64,000 bases of DNA. Source: Bugula neritina (Eukaryota; Animalia; Bryozoa). The notes beneath the pieces are model-generated. The model saw only the letters and a list, made by a program, of their open reading frames with translations. It did not search any database and had not been told where the DNA came from. The translations under genes were made by a program, and so were the position numbers. The stretch covers positions 32,478,773 to 32,542,772 of the forward strand of contig OZ037766.1 of assembly GCA_964035545.1 (NCBI GenBank), written 5' to 3'. Shown in pieces: positions 1 through 15,100 of the stretch; positions within the stretch are counted from its first letter, which is position 1, and each line of letters starts with the position of its first letter.

Positions 1-3000
1 AAGTTTATTTCTTTTAAGAAGCTACTTAAGTTTCGGTAATTTACTAACAGATAAAAGCTTGAAACTGCTAAAACATAACAATACGCTAAAGACAAGATGG
101 TGTATTAATATACTATCAGTAAAATACAAAATGAGCAGAATATGCTACGCTATGCATGTGTAGTGTGGGATGTGTTGGTAGAAGTATCACAATGCAGTTA
201 CACTGGTAGATCTCAAACAAGTTCTCATAATGATGAGGTTTTTATTTTCTCAGCATGAAAAAAGTAACTTATCTTGCATTGTTGTTTAATTAAATAACAC
301 AACTGCTAAAAAATCAACTGCGCAAAAAGAGCATTTTGTAACATTGTGATATTTTGTGTGGTTTAGGCTCTTGTTTATAGCAGTCTATCACATATACAAT
401 AGCGCATTAGTTGCATAAGAGTAATAAAAAATCAGAGAAAGGATATAATAGTAAGTCGAAAAATTAAATAAATCTACTAAATAGATAAATACACGTAGTC
501 CTTTATTAGCATGAATTATAATTCTACAGTAAACTGTGATGTCTACGGCTTAATGCAATGAGCTGATCAACAGCAAAGGCGGCAGCTTACTTAGTTTAGA
601 CACGCTATAAGACTCGTGCATACTTGAAACTCAAAGCATGCGATGCTTTTTAATGCAAACACTATACAATCCAAGGCTGAGAAACCCGTTTAGTGAATAA
701 TTCCATGAGAACAACTTTATAAAATGTAATTTGATTCTATGCAATCAAAACTGAATGAGTAAATAATGATTTTAGTTTTAATCCCATCGAGGTATAACCT
801 ATAATAAGTATTAACTCATTTTAGCCCTTTTAACTTAATCCCTTATTCTTGAGCTTTGTTAAATCAATAGACTATATTGTTCATAGCCAAAACCCTAATA
901 TGTACATTGGGAAGTTCTATATGCATTGTATACGTTGTATTGTGCTACATGCGTTAGCTGTGCTATATTGTATTGTATACTACTTCTGAACCTGTACACT
1001 ACCCTGGCACCTAGCTCATTGGAGTACTATGATTAACCATATTTTAAAAATCCTATAAAGCAGTTTACTAATGTAAATCTCTTATTAATTGTAAATATGC
1101 GTATCTTATACAGAGCTATTTTTAGATACAATAATTGTTAGTAGAGATAGTATAACTTCGAAGCTATGCAACTCAAGTCATGGTTATGTTGAAGTCAGTT
1201 TTTCTGCACAGTTGCAGCATATTAAACCTACTATTACATATATAATTACTTGAATGCTACTACGAAATATATAATTATACCTACAAATACAAAATACAAA
1301 TAGTAGAAAAAATCAAATCATTACAAAATATGATAATATATTATGTGGAATAAAAACAATGCAACCAATGACACTGGAACTGCAAAGTGAAGCTTTAATT
1401 GCCTTAACCAGAACTGGATTGAAATTACAGCGAGTCAAATTAAGTCAATTTAATGGTTAACCAGTTTAAGTTATGTAAGTCACAATTCATGCCAAAAATG
1501 ATGCATTGAGACTAGTTGAACTGATATAAGACTCGTAAAAGTATTTAATTTGTTCATTTAAAATGTTACAATCAAGCTGGTAGTAGCAATTAGCAAGTCA
1601 GAAAGTATATTGACAGTGTTAGTTCCTGCTATTTGGAAGTCATTATTGTCTATTATTGTTAATTATACGTAATAATTTGTAGTAAATTTCGAAACCTCTG
1701 CTGTATTATAGCAGCTAAACACACCAATAGCTTACTGATTAGAGACGCTCCGAATAGTTTTCCTTAAAAATTCTATCGCACTATCACTAGCAAACTTATA
1801 TCTATAAATGCAAGCAACTCCCTATAAATGTTGAATCTAGAATTCAATTTAATTGATCTTTTGAAGGTTTCATCTCAAATTATAGACACTTTCTACTTAG
1901 ACACTTATCAGTTAGACACTTCTCAGTTAGTTATTTTTTATTTTGATACCATAATGATATATATACCTACATAACTGTTGTATTGATTGCTAAATAGCTA
2001 ATATGCTAATAGCTATAATAGCTAATATAAAGTATTTGGAACAATAGTCTACTTTTCACAGATTTGTGTGGGGCGAAAACAGTAATACATTAACAATATA
2101 TAGACATTATTTTTGATGAATATTTATTAACGAAATATTTTTTCAGACAACAAGAAATATAGAATATGCAAAATTAGTAAGTTAATGCAAATCACAAGAC
2201 TTTATTTATACGCTAGATAACAAACAATTAATCCAAGTTTATGTAAATATATATATTTTTTAATCACATTAAAATAAATTGCACATAAAATATATATTGT
2301 ACCAAAATCAATAAATAACTGGGAAGCGTCTATCTGAGATGGCACCCTTTTGAATAGAATAAAAATTTGCAGCAAAAGAATCAACAATTTTTAAATTAAG
2401 TGAACCAAAATTAAAGAATTTTCAAAGCTTCAAGTGAGATCGAAAGAGCTTTTGAATTATACAACATAATGAATGTTCCTATATATAAGTTATTATAAAG
2501 ATGAGTAAACTGCCCAGTTCTTTCTCTGAACGTTATTTTTTGCGAAAACCTTCGTATGAAAACTTAAAACAATTTTTGTTCTACAAACCTTATGATTAAT
2601 ATATTCACAAATATAGATTATACAAAAGCATGAGTAGAGTTAGCGCAGGTCTAGACGCCATAATTAAATGAATGATATACCTATATAACTTACCTGCACG
2701 TGAGCTTCGCGCACACTGACCCCAAAAAAGTTGAGTATAATTTTACTTGACAACAGACATGAAACCAATAAACTCAAAATTGCTCTTTTTGCACCCACGA
2801 GTGCTTGTCTTAGCGTCATTTATGTTCCCAGCTTAAAAGCTGAGCAAATAAGGTGTACGAGTGTTATATTGTGTTATAACAAAGACTGGTGGCTGATATC
2901 TTATAAAGCTGAGAGTCATGACAACGCGTGAAGATTAGTTAAAAATAGGATGTTCATTTTAATGAGTTGCTCAGAATTTTATTTGATAACTTTCATTTGA

Positions 3001-3825
3001 GATGAGTTTAGTGTCATTTCTTCTCTGCAACGCTAAAAACAGTTTCAAGTTTGATGAGAATATATAAACAGTAATTTCTCCCCCCCCCCCATAGCAAGTC
3101 GGTATGACAGATGAGAGGGCACACATTTCACTTAAATCATGTTATGTATGCAAAGCTTTATTGAAGTTAATGCAAAGACTATGATGTATGAACATCTGTA
3201 CTACAGTTATATTGTATTGTCAGTTGCAAAGTATTATTAGTCATGGGTTCTCTGTACATAATATTGTTTGGTAAATAATTTTGCTATTGTATTATTAATG
3301 TATCTTTTGCTATGGGATGAAAACTGAATGACTGCAACATAGCTATGAATAAGAAAGGAGTAATACAAAAATACTAACAATTTAATATACTTGCGTTGCA
3401 TAACTGCTTGAAACAATGATCTTTGTATTTCGAAGTTGTCTCCAAATGTTAGCGGTAAAACAACTCCAATTGTTAGAGGTAAAACAACTTCTATTGCTAG
3501 TTTCTAGAGTAGCTTCTGAGTTGTTCTAGAACATACTTAAAGGTTGATACTGCATAACGGTTACTGCAAAAGTGAAGATAATAAGGTGCAGCAAGTTAAT
3601 TTGTTGGACAGTTAGTTTCCATAACTATTATATATAGCTGTGTAATTCATACATTTAATAGCAGCTATAGCAAATATCTCAGCTCTCTACAACTGTGTAC
3701 TATCATTATGAAGGAGCAGTAAATAAAATTGATCTCAACTGAGTTAAATCGGAAAACTAAGTTAATTTTTACGTTGGAGAGGCATCTAGTTGCTCCTGTC
3801 ATCTACTGCAGCTAATTTAGTTGTA

Positions 3826-4123
3826 CAGACATGATGTGACAAGTGATTTGTGACATCATGTGACAAGTGACTTGTTATATGATGTGACAGGTGATTTGAG
3901 ACATGATGTGACAAGTGACTTGTGACATGATGTGACAAGTGACCTGTGACATGATGTGACAAGTGACTTGTCACATCATGTGACAAGTGATTTGTGCCAT
4001 GATGTGACAAGTGATTTGTGACATGATGTGACAAGTGACTTGTGACATGATGTGACAAGTGATTTGTGACATGATGTGACAAGTGATTTGTGCGATGATG
4101 TGACAAGTGACTTGTTATATGAC
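3826..4123. repeat. 24-bp minisatellite, ~12 copies (ACATGATGTGACAAGTGA(T/C)TTGTG)
   Basis: Direct tandem units are visible; they produce the spurious His-rich ORF 3786..4223. Confidence 0.95.
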
Positions 4124-4179
4124 ACGCATGCAACACATGAAGTAGGTGTTCATGCTGATACAACACAAAATTTGCTCTA

Positions 4180-5513
4180 GGGGTAAGGGGGGGGGGTGGG
4201 GGGGGGCACAACGGGTTTTGCATTTTTTGCTCTCATTCGTCTGTTTTTCGAATTACTAGTTCAATAATTTCTAGTCTAAATGCTGCATGTGTTGTCTGCT
4301 ACAGGTATCAATTAGTTGTTTCCATCTCTTTCACAACTTTCAGAATAATGAAATTTTCATGTTGAAAAAATCGGCCCATTGTGCCCCGGTACCGGGGTAC
4401 AATGGGCCACTGGGTGGGGCACAACAAATATATTGAAACTTTGCAGATTTTGTTGCATCTGATCTTTATTTATTTAATATTACAAATAAAACATTCTTTC
4501 AGATCTAAAGCAAAACTCATGTTTTAGCTGTGCAGTTTGTGCCGCCACGGATAGCAGAGGAAGGCAAAATCAAACAAACATCACTCGGTTCTACGGTGCC
4601 ATTATCATTACTGTTTAGAACTAAAAATGTTTTTTATTTACACTTCAGAGAAACTTTTATCAGAAAAAAAAACTTTAGTAACATGTACTACAACATTTTG
4701 GGTGGAATTTTTTCTATGAACTGTAGCTAAGGTGCATGGCTGAGGTTTGTGGCTGGAGTGCAAAAGGGAGAGGGGGGGGGAGCGAATGAGCAAATCACAA
4801 TTTATTTTAGTCAAATACATGTATATTCCCTCAATGATATAATATATGATGAATATCATGACTAGCTACTATATAGTAGCAATACAGCAGAGCATTTTGT
4901 ATTATGTATAAAATAGCAAAGCTTTAACCTCACCAGATGTATATATTAAGGGAGCTTCACCTTGTAGTTTTGTAGTCTTACCATGATGTACGTCTTTGAT
5001 ATTTTACAAAAAGGTCAGAAATGGCTATATCTATAGATTTTAGTAACATTTCAACCAACCTTTTGGGCAAACAAATTAATAACAGTGATCAGGGTACAAT
5101 AATCAGGTGGCCCATTGTGCCCCGGTCAGCGTGGCCCATTGTGCCCCGGATGGCCAAATTTAGCATAAATGTGCCTCAAGGAAAATTTATTTTAAAGTTT
5201 GCTGTTATACTAGTTAAGCAATGTAGAGACAAGCAATGGTAACAATATCAGTAAAATCTAGGCTTGTTGCCTTTGAGTGTAAAAAGTTATAAAGCTTTAA
5301 CGACATCTTAAAAATTTTACAAAAAGTAGGTAAAAACAGTTTTTCACTCATCTTTTCAACACGTATGTTCCGCAAGTGTTGAAACTACAATGACTGAATA
5401 TTTATGGCAATACCTTTTTATGAAAAAAAAATCACAACTTTAAGTCAATAAGTTTTCTCACAATTTGGCCGGCTTTTTGTACCCCTATGACCGTTGTGCC
5501 CCCCCCTTACCCC
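4180..5513. mobile_element. Non-autonomous DNA transposon (MITE-like, Tc1/mariner-pogo type) with TIRs and TA target-site duplication
   Basis: Left end TA|GGGGTAAG(G-run)GCACAACGG; right end CCGTTGTGC(C-run)TTACCCC|TA. Internal subterminal repeats GGCCCATTGTGCCCCGG at ~4373 (as a palindrome) and twice at ~5109-5150. No transposase ORF. Confidence 0.8.
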
Positions 5514-7079
5514 TACTGCAAAACTTCCAAGGCAGCTTCAAATTGTCTTATATATATGAGCTGGAGCTAATGATTCAAAGAAAGTGCTATACATTTATAT
5601 ATAGCTTTCCGTTGCTATCTCAATTTAGTAAGAAAATTATTATTGGCTCTTAAGATCATTCTAGCTTGAAGAGATCTAATATGTCTTTTCACTATAAAAT
5701 GGAGGTGTTTTGATCTTTCAAGCATTCAAGGCATCTTCAGGCTTTTGTTAAAAAAATCTTTGAACATGTGGCCAATGGTATGAGTGCACACAACTATAAT
5801 TATATTTCGCTATACATGACTGTTTAGATTTTTATATTTGATATGGCTTATACCTCTTAAGAGACATTTTTTATATGCTTAAATATGAATAGAAAAATTT
5901 CTTCCATTGGCCAAAGATTGTAGTAACTGTTAGGGCACTAAAATCGGCGTCTCAGACGCAGCAAGGCAGCAGATTTCTCAGTGTGGTGTACTAAAAGAGT
6001 TGTGAATTATCCTCAGCTTTTAAACAAACAACTCGTTAGAAATTGTCTTCTGTTTACAGAATGCAATTTTAATTATTTTTAAGGCAAAAAAGCTAAAAAA
6101 AATATAAAACTATTCATTAACTTGCTGTAAAGTCAAAAATCTATACGCGCAGTCACCTGTGCGTTGCATTGCAACCAAAACACTTCATATAATTTTGCCA
6201 CATTATTAAAAGTTGTTTTCTTTTAAACTTCAGTTAAATTTGTGCAAAAACATCATGCCAATTTGAAAGTTTTTAAGATATACAATTATTAAACAATTAA
6301 AGCTGGGATTGTTGAATTGATAGAAAAAGTTGCAAAGAACTTTAATATGTAACAGAGTTGAGACTTTCTATTTCAAGCTAATTTATCTACTGAATCCTAT
6401 AAAAAAAGTTACTAAAACTACCAGAAGAATATAAATTACCAAGTAGTTCCTAATAACACAACAAAATTTTAATCAAGATGATTTATTAGCAATTGCTAGA
6501 AAATCTTAAAAATACTTTTCAAGAATTATATGCAGAAAAATGTTTTCACATTTTCAGAATTAGTTTTTACTCCAAGTCCATTACACACGAGCAACTTATA
6601 GAATGATGTAAAATAGACTTCCAAGAATATTCTAGTATATTTGGATGTCACATTAAAGTCAGCCTTCTCTTAGAAAAACTGAAATAGTTAATTGGTTTGG
6701 ATGCAGCGCAGCTATACATGAATTTGGCTAGACACAGTATGGGGTGTCAGTGTTGCTGGCATGTGTTAGAGCAGACGTTGACAAGCAATGCAAGTACTCT
6801 CTGCGTGTGACAGCTATATGTGGCAGCAGTGCAAAGTGCTGTCTCGACTGTTAAGCGGGATCACGTGGCAACCAGCCTCAACCTTTATTGTCTCGGAGAT
6901 CCACAAACAGATAAAGTCTGTGCGGCAGCACAGTATTTGTGAGATGAACTTTGATGCCTGAGTGGAAAAAACCTTCATGAGTTGTAAATTCAACAAAAAT
7001 AAACTAATGGAAAACAGATGAAGTGTGTTTGAGTGACTGTTCCCTTACAGCAACTTGGGTAAATGCCAAGAGAAAATTT

Positions 7080-7080
<1 letters not shown>

Positions 7081-7110
<30 letters not shown>

Positions 7111-7373
7111 GTGCGTGTGTGCGTGTGTGCGTGTGTGCGTGTGTGCGTGTGTGCGTGTGTGCGTGTGTGCGTGTGTGCGTGTGTGCGTGTGTGCGTGTGT
7201 GCGTGTGTGCGTGTGTGCGTGTGTGCGTGTGTGCGTGTGTGCGTGTGTGCGTGTGTGCGTGTGTGCGTGTGTGCGTGTGTGCGTGTGTGCGTGTGTGCGT
7301 GTGTGCGTGTGTGCGTGTGTGCGTGTGTGCGTGTGTGCGTGTGTGCGTGTGTGCGTGTGTGTGTGTGTGTGTG
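7081..7373. repeat. (GT)n/(GTGTGC)n microsatellite
   Basis: Direct; explains ORFs 7023..7486. Confidence 0.98.
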
Positions 7374-8244
7374 TTATCAGCAATATCTTAGAGGTTTGGC
7401 TGTTGAAAACAAAATGTAGAATAAAAGCATGCAGCATATTAATAATGTTTGATTCACACATACCAGCCAAGTGCACTCTAACCTGAGGAAACTTAAGGGT
7501 AGAATAAAATGGATGACTCAGTTGTAAAATTCTGCACTCGTTGACTGTTCTAAAAATATAAAAGTATAAATAACAAATTCTTATAACAAGGAAGCCTCAG
7601 GCCATAAAAGAGAAAGGCTGCAGGATGGTACTGAACTGGTATACCCACATGAACTTACAGAGGCTAAGAAGTTATGATGGAAAAAAGCTAAAAGCCTACT
7701 CTTAGTTCGTGCATACTTTACATTGCTCTGAATGGAATGATTTAGATTAATTACTTCAGAATGCTTTACCTGTTCCAAATTATAGAATTCATTGAGTGAC
7801 ATTCACACTTTACTTTGACTTTATTATTCTTTGTGTGTTAATGCTGCATGACTTTGAGTTGAAGCACTAATTGGTATGTTGTAGGCAAATCTGTTAGTGC
7901 ACTGTTATAAACACTCGGCTCAGCATTCTACAATAACATAATTGCATATGTGAAGAAACTTATTTTTAAATAGGCTACTAAATTTTATAGCCTTTTTATA
8001 CTAAAAATAAGCTTGAAACATAATATTATCTAATTGAAATTTAATTGCAACAAATTTAGAATTTTTATAAATAAACCACTGTTTCTTTGTTCTATTTACA
8101 TTATTTAGATTCAACATTATTCTCTATAAATAATATGTTTTTCCCCTTTATTCATCTTATGTAACATGCTATATTAAAATGCAATATAACATTATATAAC
8201 ACAATATTACAGACTCACAAAAATGTTTAAAGTCTCAATTTCTG

Positions 8245-8352
8245 TGAACACCCAAATGGAAAGGGTTTCCTTAAGACTTGTTTTCTATTGTGGCACAAAA
8301 GTACCCTGGTAGAATGCCCTTCCTAACATCGCCAATGGCCTTTATTGAACCA
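8245..8352. mobile_element. Dispersed repeat, probably a SINE-like fragment; second copy at ~33900-34020
   Basis: Shared blocks ATGGAAAGGGTTT and GAATGC(C/T)CTTCCTAAC(A/T)TC(G/A)CCAATGGCCTT in both places. Confidence 0.45.
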
Positions 8353-9061
8353 AGCTGACTTTGTATTTACTTTAAGTCAGTGATCTAAACACTATGCCAT
8401 GGCTTCTCTCAAAATAATATAGTATAATAAAAAAATATAGTGTAGTATAATTTGCTATAGTATAATATATTATCATATATAATAATATAATATAATTTAA
8501 TATAATATAATATAAAGTAATATTATCTGATATAATACAATATAAAACAATGTTATATATGATATAATACAGCTTAATTATATAACACAATATATTACAA
8601 TATAATATAATGTAACATAGCATAGCATGATAGTACAACATATTATAATGTAATAATATAATGCAATATAATGTAAATAATATAATATTTTAAGATAATA
8701 TAATATTTTTAAAGCAAACCCAACATTGATAGGGAGTTGCTTTCCCACTATAACTGCAACAGCGCAGTAACGACTGACCTAGAGGCAAGGGCATACACTT
8801 TGTCACATGATCTGAATGATATCTTTGTGAATTGCAGATTATGACTGTTCAAATAAGCTGCCAATTCACTTTCACATAGATGCCCTATTGTCATGCACAC
8901 ATCCATTAATCACCGGTGTACTATAAATAGCTTTTGTTCAATGTATTGAGCCATTTTAGTAATTTCCTTTTATACCAAATATTATTAATATAAAGTGTGG
9001 CCATTCAATACCACCTGCTAGCTGAGTGCAGACGAACTACTGGAGCAGACGGTAATTGCTG

Positions 9062-9133
9062 GTCATGTGACTATTATTCAACAAGTAAGAAATCTTGCAG
9101 CCATGCATACCTGTCTGACAGAGTACTATATAA
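9062..9133 (+). promoter_or_regulatory. Sulfatase proximal promoter: M-box/CLEAR-like GTCATGTGAC (9062-9071) and TATA box TATATAA (9127-9133)
   Basis: Both motifs lie 50-120 bp upstream of the ATG at 9182; a second E-box, GTCACATGA, is at ~8802. Confidence 0.45.
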
Positions 9134-9181
9134 GCGTGTAGATACTAGACCAGCTCTACATTTTTAAAAGGAAAATTCATC

Positions 9182-12100
9182 ATGAGTCTGACATTGATGC
9201 TGCCTCTGTGTGGCATGCTAACAACAGTATCGGCAGCAAAGCAACCCAACATTATATTCATCATGGCTGATGACCTAGGTGAGTACATCGTAATTTATAT
9301 TTTATTGCAAACAAAATTTTGCTTATTATTATTAACTTTCATAAATTGCCAGAAATATTGGCAAGAATGGGCTGTAAACATATAACTTCTTACTGTTTAC
9401 ACTTTCTCTTTACGAACAGCTACAGTTTGGGATTTCAGGGCTGCTGCTTGTTATAGCCAGAATAATTGCTACACAATTTGTAAAACGATGCATTGTAATG
9501 TTAAGGCAGTAGCTCTAAACTGCAAGATCGTGTTGGGAAACTTACGTATATATCAGCCTATTTTAATATAACAATAATATTCTAAGGGATGTAATTAAGT
9601 CAGGTTGCCATTGTTTTAACTGTAAGAAATCAAACACCTACTTTAGGCAACACAAAACCCTGTAGTAATTTGGTTGTTATAGTTGTTAGCTTTTTACATC
9701 AAGTTAAATGTGATTCTTGTATTATACTATTTTGAAAAAGAAATTTTAAATATTGATTATTTATTTAAGGCTGTAATGTACTGAATGTCAGAAAACTTCA
9801 ACTCTCACGGTGGTGATATCTTCTGAAATCTTATAGCATACTTCTAGACCTGGCACTTTTTCGTCCTTCCACTTTCCTCATAATAAATATGAACTTTTTT
9901 GACCATTTAAAAGCCTTTTACAAAAAAAAACAAAGGCTGTATAGTTGATTTACTAAAATAGTTATTGTAATTAAAGACACTATAGCGGTTGTGGAAAATA
10001 GAACCTTTAATATCATAAGATGGTGGCAGTAAAATAGACTCTTTGTGTTTAGGCTGGAATGATGTGGGTTTCCACAACCCAAAACTAAAGACTCCAAACA
10101 TGAATTGGTTGGCTAAAGAAGGAATAGAACTAACCAATCACTACGCACAGCCTCTTTGCTCGCCGTAATGTGTTAATATTTATTCCTAAATTTTGTAATA
10201 CAGATTGCTGAATATAGCAGCACCATGGTATTATAATACAGCCTCTCTTTGAAGTCGCTTTTTACTGTAACTAAAAGTCCAGCTAAATGCTTGCTTATAC
10301 TAAAGATTGCTTTCAAAACTATAATATTTCACAGTCAATAATTAGTATAGTAAGTATAGTAAATATATAGTAAGGGTATTATAGTAAGTATAGTATAAGT
10401 ATAGTGAGTATAGTGAGTATATAGTAAGTATAAAATAGTAAGTATAGTTTAAGTGTTATTATAGTGTGTGTGCCCCATACAATAAGCTGCACTATATATT
10501 CTTAAAGATACCAAAACCTGCTACTACTTTGTATAGTCTATGAATATGTTGTATTTATAAGAATATTACGTAAGATATATTAGGATTGCAATTTAATAAA
10601 AAGAATTCAGTATTATATTACAGCTGACATAAATAATCTAACTTCAAGCTACAATTTCCTGAAATAACAATATGCTGCCTTTTCCAGGTCAAGGTCGGCG
10701 TTGATGACAGGGAAGTACCCGTCTATGAATGGTCTCAGTGTAAGTTTCTGAGCTATATTAGCCTCTGCCCCTTTTTGAGTTGAGTGAGATTTTTAGCTAC
10801 TAGCATGTGGCCCTTATTAAGAAAACTTTTATGAATATATTATATATTTATATAAACTATATTTCAATTTTAATATGTTATTAATTGTTTAAATAAAAAT
10901 GATGCAATATTTTTTAAAAATATTTCGTTTAAGGAGAGAAATTATGTAAAATGGTATAAAAACTGCATGCTTTGTAGTTTATTATATATTTAGTCTGCTA
11001 GTTTACATGATCCTATTTATAGATTGCTCAACACAATACGAGTGATTGTAGAACTTCGAGTGGTTAAAACTTTATAGCCAGTCTTGTACTACTTAATATT
11101 TAGATGCATCTGTCATGTATACAACACTATACTATGCTACCATAATTACTACTTTCGTGGTATTTCATGTAACTTTAGTCCTCTATAATTATCCCACTGA
11201 GTCACAATAACTTGTTCAAATCTTAAACATAATAACAACTCAATTAAAATATTTCTCCATATTTAACTACAAGTTATTATGTTATTGCACCTATATATAT
11301 ATATATATATAAGAATTAGTTTAGAAATCAAGATTTCTGGGATTTTTGATTTTATCACTTTAACACATACATGCTGTTATTTTGATACCCAGTCTTTGGT
11401 TAAACCTATAAAATAGCTATGCACTAAACTTAGCTTACTATACAGTATACCTATATACTGTTTCTATTTTAGCAACTAGTCCTTTGCCCTTTGAGTAAAA
11501 GTTGTCTTCCCCTAGAACACAAAATCCTCCCTCAATACCTCAAAGAGCTGGGTTATGCGACCAAATATGTTGGAAAGTAGGTATTATAAAGGCAGCAATG
11601 CCATTTTGGTTATAAGGTAGTTCAAATTAAGAGAATGTTGTGTAAATACTACTTTGTAACATAATTTAGACTATAGTGTTCAAAATATTTACTTTCAGAT
11701 GGCATTTGGGAGACTGCCACGAGAGTTGTCTGCCCACTAACAGAGGTATAGATGAGTTTAGAGGAATCCTGTTTGGTCAAGCTGATCACTTTACTTGGGG
11801 TTTGTCTTTTCTAATTTATCTTTATAGTTATATAATCATTTCAATGTTATATAATATGCAAATGTTTAGCTGTTGGATCATCATCTTCCATAAAACTAAC
11901 TCTTCAGATGTTTTGCAGAGTTTGGAGGAGTAGTAAACAGATATATTAACGATTCTGTTTCTCTTAGGAACCTTGGAACACATTTGTCAGTAAGTCATAG
12001 TTACCTTCCTTTTGCTAGCAGCTATTCAAGCTATTTCTAATGTCAATAAATGTTGATACATGAATAAATGTTGATATGAGTAACTGTTGATATGAATAAC

Positions 12101-15100
12101 TGTTGATATATAAGTAACTGTTGATATGACAAACTGTTGATACGAATAACCGTTGATATGACAAACTGTTGATATGAATAACTGTTGATATGAATAACTG
12201 TTGATATGAGTAACTGTTGATATGACAAACTGTTGATATGAATAACTGTTGATATGACAAACTGTTGATATGAACCACTGTTGATATGGGTAACTGTTGA
12301 TATGAATAACTGTTGATATGAATAACTGTTGATATGAATAACTGTTGATATGAGTAACTGTTGATATGAGTAACTATTGATATGACAAACTGTTGATATA
12401 ACTAAGTGTTGATGTAACTCTAAAGTCAATGTCTCAAATATATAAACAAAACTCATTTTGTGCAGCTTTTAGAGAAATCTGATGCAAGGGAGATGATCAC
12501 AGCTCACAAAGGCAATGATTCCCCACTGTTTATGGTGGTATCTACTACAGCCCCGCACACTCCTCTAAAGGTCGGTGAGGTTCTCTACTAACACAGCGGT
12601 TGCCTAGCAACAGCTAGTATATGCTGAGATGCTAGCTCAGACTCTCCAATTACAAGTTTGAAAATGTTTTGCTTTACAAATGATGCTAAGTAGCTGAAAT
12701 ACCTGTCTCAATAGTTTTCGAGTATTTTGTTAAATTATTAGACACTACTAACAGTAGTTTATGATATTAGCGATGGGATTCTACTTCATTACAAGGTACA
12801 CTGGTATACTTTTTGAAAATATACTTGATGCACATATTTTATGTTATTTTTAGTTTAATTGTGTGCTCCTATGGGAAATGCATGGTATGGTATCAACAAA
12901 TGATATACAATTGGCATCTATGCTATATGAACATAAGGAAATAACAGCCTTTTTATGCTTCGAATCTTTTCTTATTAAAGAGCACTTAACTCCAACTAGT
13001 ACTTGTTTTCAGGTCACACCAGATATGTTAAAGACTCATGAATTTCTGAATAGCAGTGACCCAGAAACGACAGCTCGTAGGAAATATTTGGGTAAGTAAC
13101 ATTGCCTTGTTCTGTGTCTTGGGTAAGTAACATTAACTTATTCTATATCCTACTGTAAGTGTGGCAGAATATCGTCTGTATATTATTATAAAGTAGATTA
13201 TCTCCCCAGGTCTGGTCTCAGCTGTTGATGACATCATAGGGGAAACCATACAGTCTCTGAAAAATGCCGATCTCTACAATAACTCTGTTATAATCTTCAC
13301 ATCAGACGTAAGTGAAAGCTAAAATAAGAATGCAATTAAATGTTGAGATGTCAGTTTTCACTTGGCTTGAGTTGCAAAATTCTAGCTTTATTACTCCTTG
13401 GATTTGCAACTTTTTGCGTTGCTGTTTTTTAAAGTCAAATATTCACTGCTTAAACTGATGAGTAAGCAATGCTTTGCATTCACCTTTATACATGGTTCAT
13501 TAAGAAGCTCATGCTTGTCACAGCTGTGGATGTGTGGGGACAACTCCTGATAGTGTGCTATAACATGAAACTCTTTTTTGTGTGTTTAAATTGACACTAT
13601 TGGTATTAATATTACACCTTATGGCCTTTTTTTATTGCCTTACCTTGCAAAGTATCACCATGTATATAAAGTAGCACTGCCTAATGACATTATAGAACAT
13701 AGCATTAAATAATAAGGCAGTATAGTAGCATTACATATTAGTATCATAGAATAATATATCTTTGCTATTAGCTGTTGTAGCTGGCAGTCATCAATACAAA
13801 TACTAAAGCTGCATGGAGTAAGATTGAGTGATGAAAATCACCACTTGGTTGTGATTAATTAAAGGCTAGTATATTACCGGATAACAATTAATGCAATTAG
13901 TCAAATGCTTATATTTAAGTTGTTTGTATTTGTTGGATTTACACAGAATGGTGGAACCAGCCTTCCATTTAACATCCGAGGTTTCACAACAGAAGCAGCA
14001 GCAAATAACTATCCCCTAAGGAGTGGAAAAGGCAGCATGCTAGAAGGGGGTGTAAAAGTACCAACTCTATACTTCGATACTCGTCTTCCACAAAAATACG
14101 CTGGGACTAAACGAGACTTCTTAATGCACATCTCTGATTGGTTGCCTACAATGATGCAACTGGCTGGAAATGATAACTTGGGTGAGCTTCTATAATAATG
14201 GTTTCATAATATAACACTATTTCTTTGTCTTTGCATGTTATATGTATGTATATACTATTCAGTGATGTGACTGGATAGAAGTTAAACAATTGGTACACAT
14301 GCTACAATGAATGTTCTATAAGCAGCTCCGAGTTGGTGGTGAATGAGTGCAGTTGATTGAGGGGTTTCGAGTTGGAAGTTGGGAACGTAACACCAAATTT
14401 CAGACCCCCTCTACCCCCTCCTAAACTACTGCACTCATTCACCACCAACTTAGAGCTACTTATATAGAAACATTCTTCTACATAACTAAACAATTTCTAG
14501 TTTACTGTTGCTAATAGAAATTGTAACAAAACTGTAATAAGCTGTTGAAAGTTTCAATCCTTATATAATTAATTATATTACTCATCGCATAACTTTATTT
14601 CTTATAGATAGTGTTGTTTTTGCTGATTATAATTAATGTATATTATAAAATACTTCTGAAAGCATGTAATGTTAAATACTGTAAGATTTCTTGTTTATAA
14701 AATATTGTTGGGTTGAAAAATGTAAAAGTTTTCTTTAAGTTGTTGACAGTTTTAAATCTAATTCACGAGAATCAAAGTTATTAAATTGCTAAACCTTTCA
14801 CTTTCTCTACTTTTAGAATTTTAGAACTTTAAATATCTATTTTTAGATGACACAATTGATGGTGTATCCCAATACCATAACTTAGGAGAGAACTACAGTG
14901 ATCAGAACAAGTATCACACCCGACAGGGGGCGCTGCTTTCCTTAACAGATTATTCGGCAGCAAATCCACTGACTTCATGTGGAGATGCTGATACTGCCTT
15001 CAGGTTAGTTGCTTCTTGGAGTTGTGCTACATTTGCATAAATTTCAGTTGCTTGCAGGTAATAAATCTGAAATGCAATTGCAGATTTTAAAGGATGACTA

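Noticed and set aside
1-3780. Short ORFs in the first 3.8 kb, plus GC-richer patches at ~6700-7070 and ~7590-7800
   Set aside because: No recognisable motifs or consistent exon chain; probably intergenic DNA or decayed repeats.
3786-4223. His-rich 145-aa ORF
   Set aside because: Translation of a 24-bp minisatellite that begins inside a transposon end; no splice or domain support.
7023-7486. Cys/Val-rich and His/Thr-rich ORFs
   Set aside because: Microsatellite translations, open in several frames.
12015-12456. Repetitive minus-strand ORFs
   Set aside because: Intronic minisatellite of the sulfatase gene.
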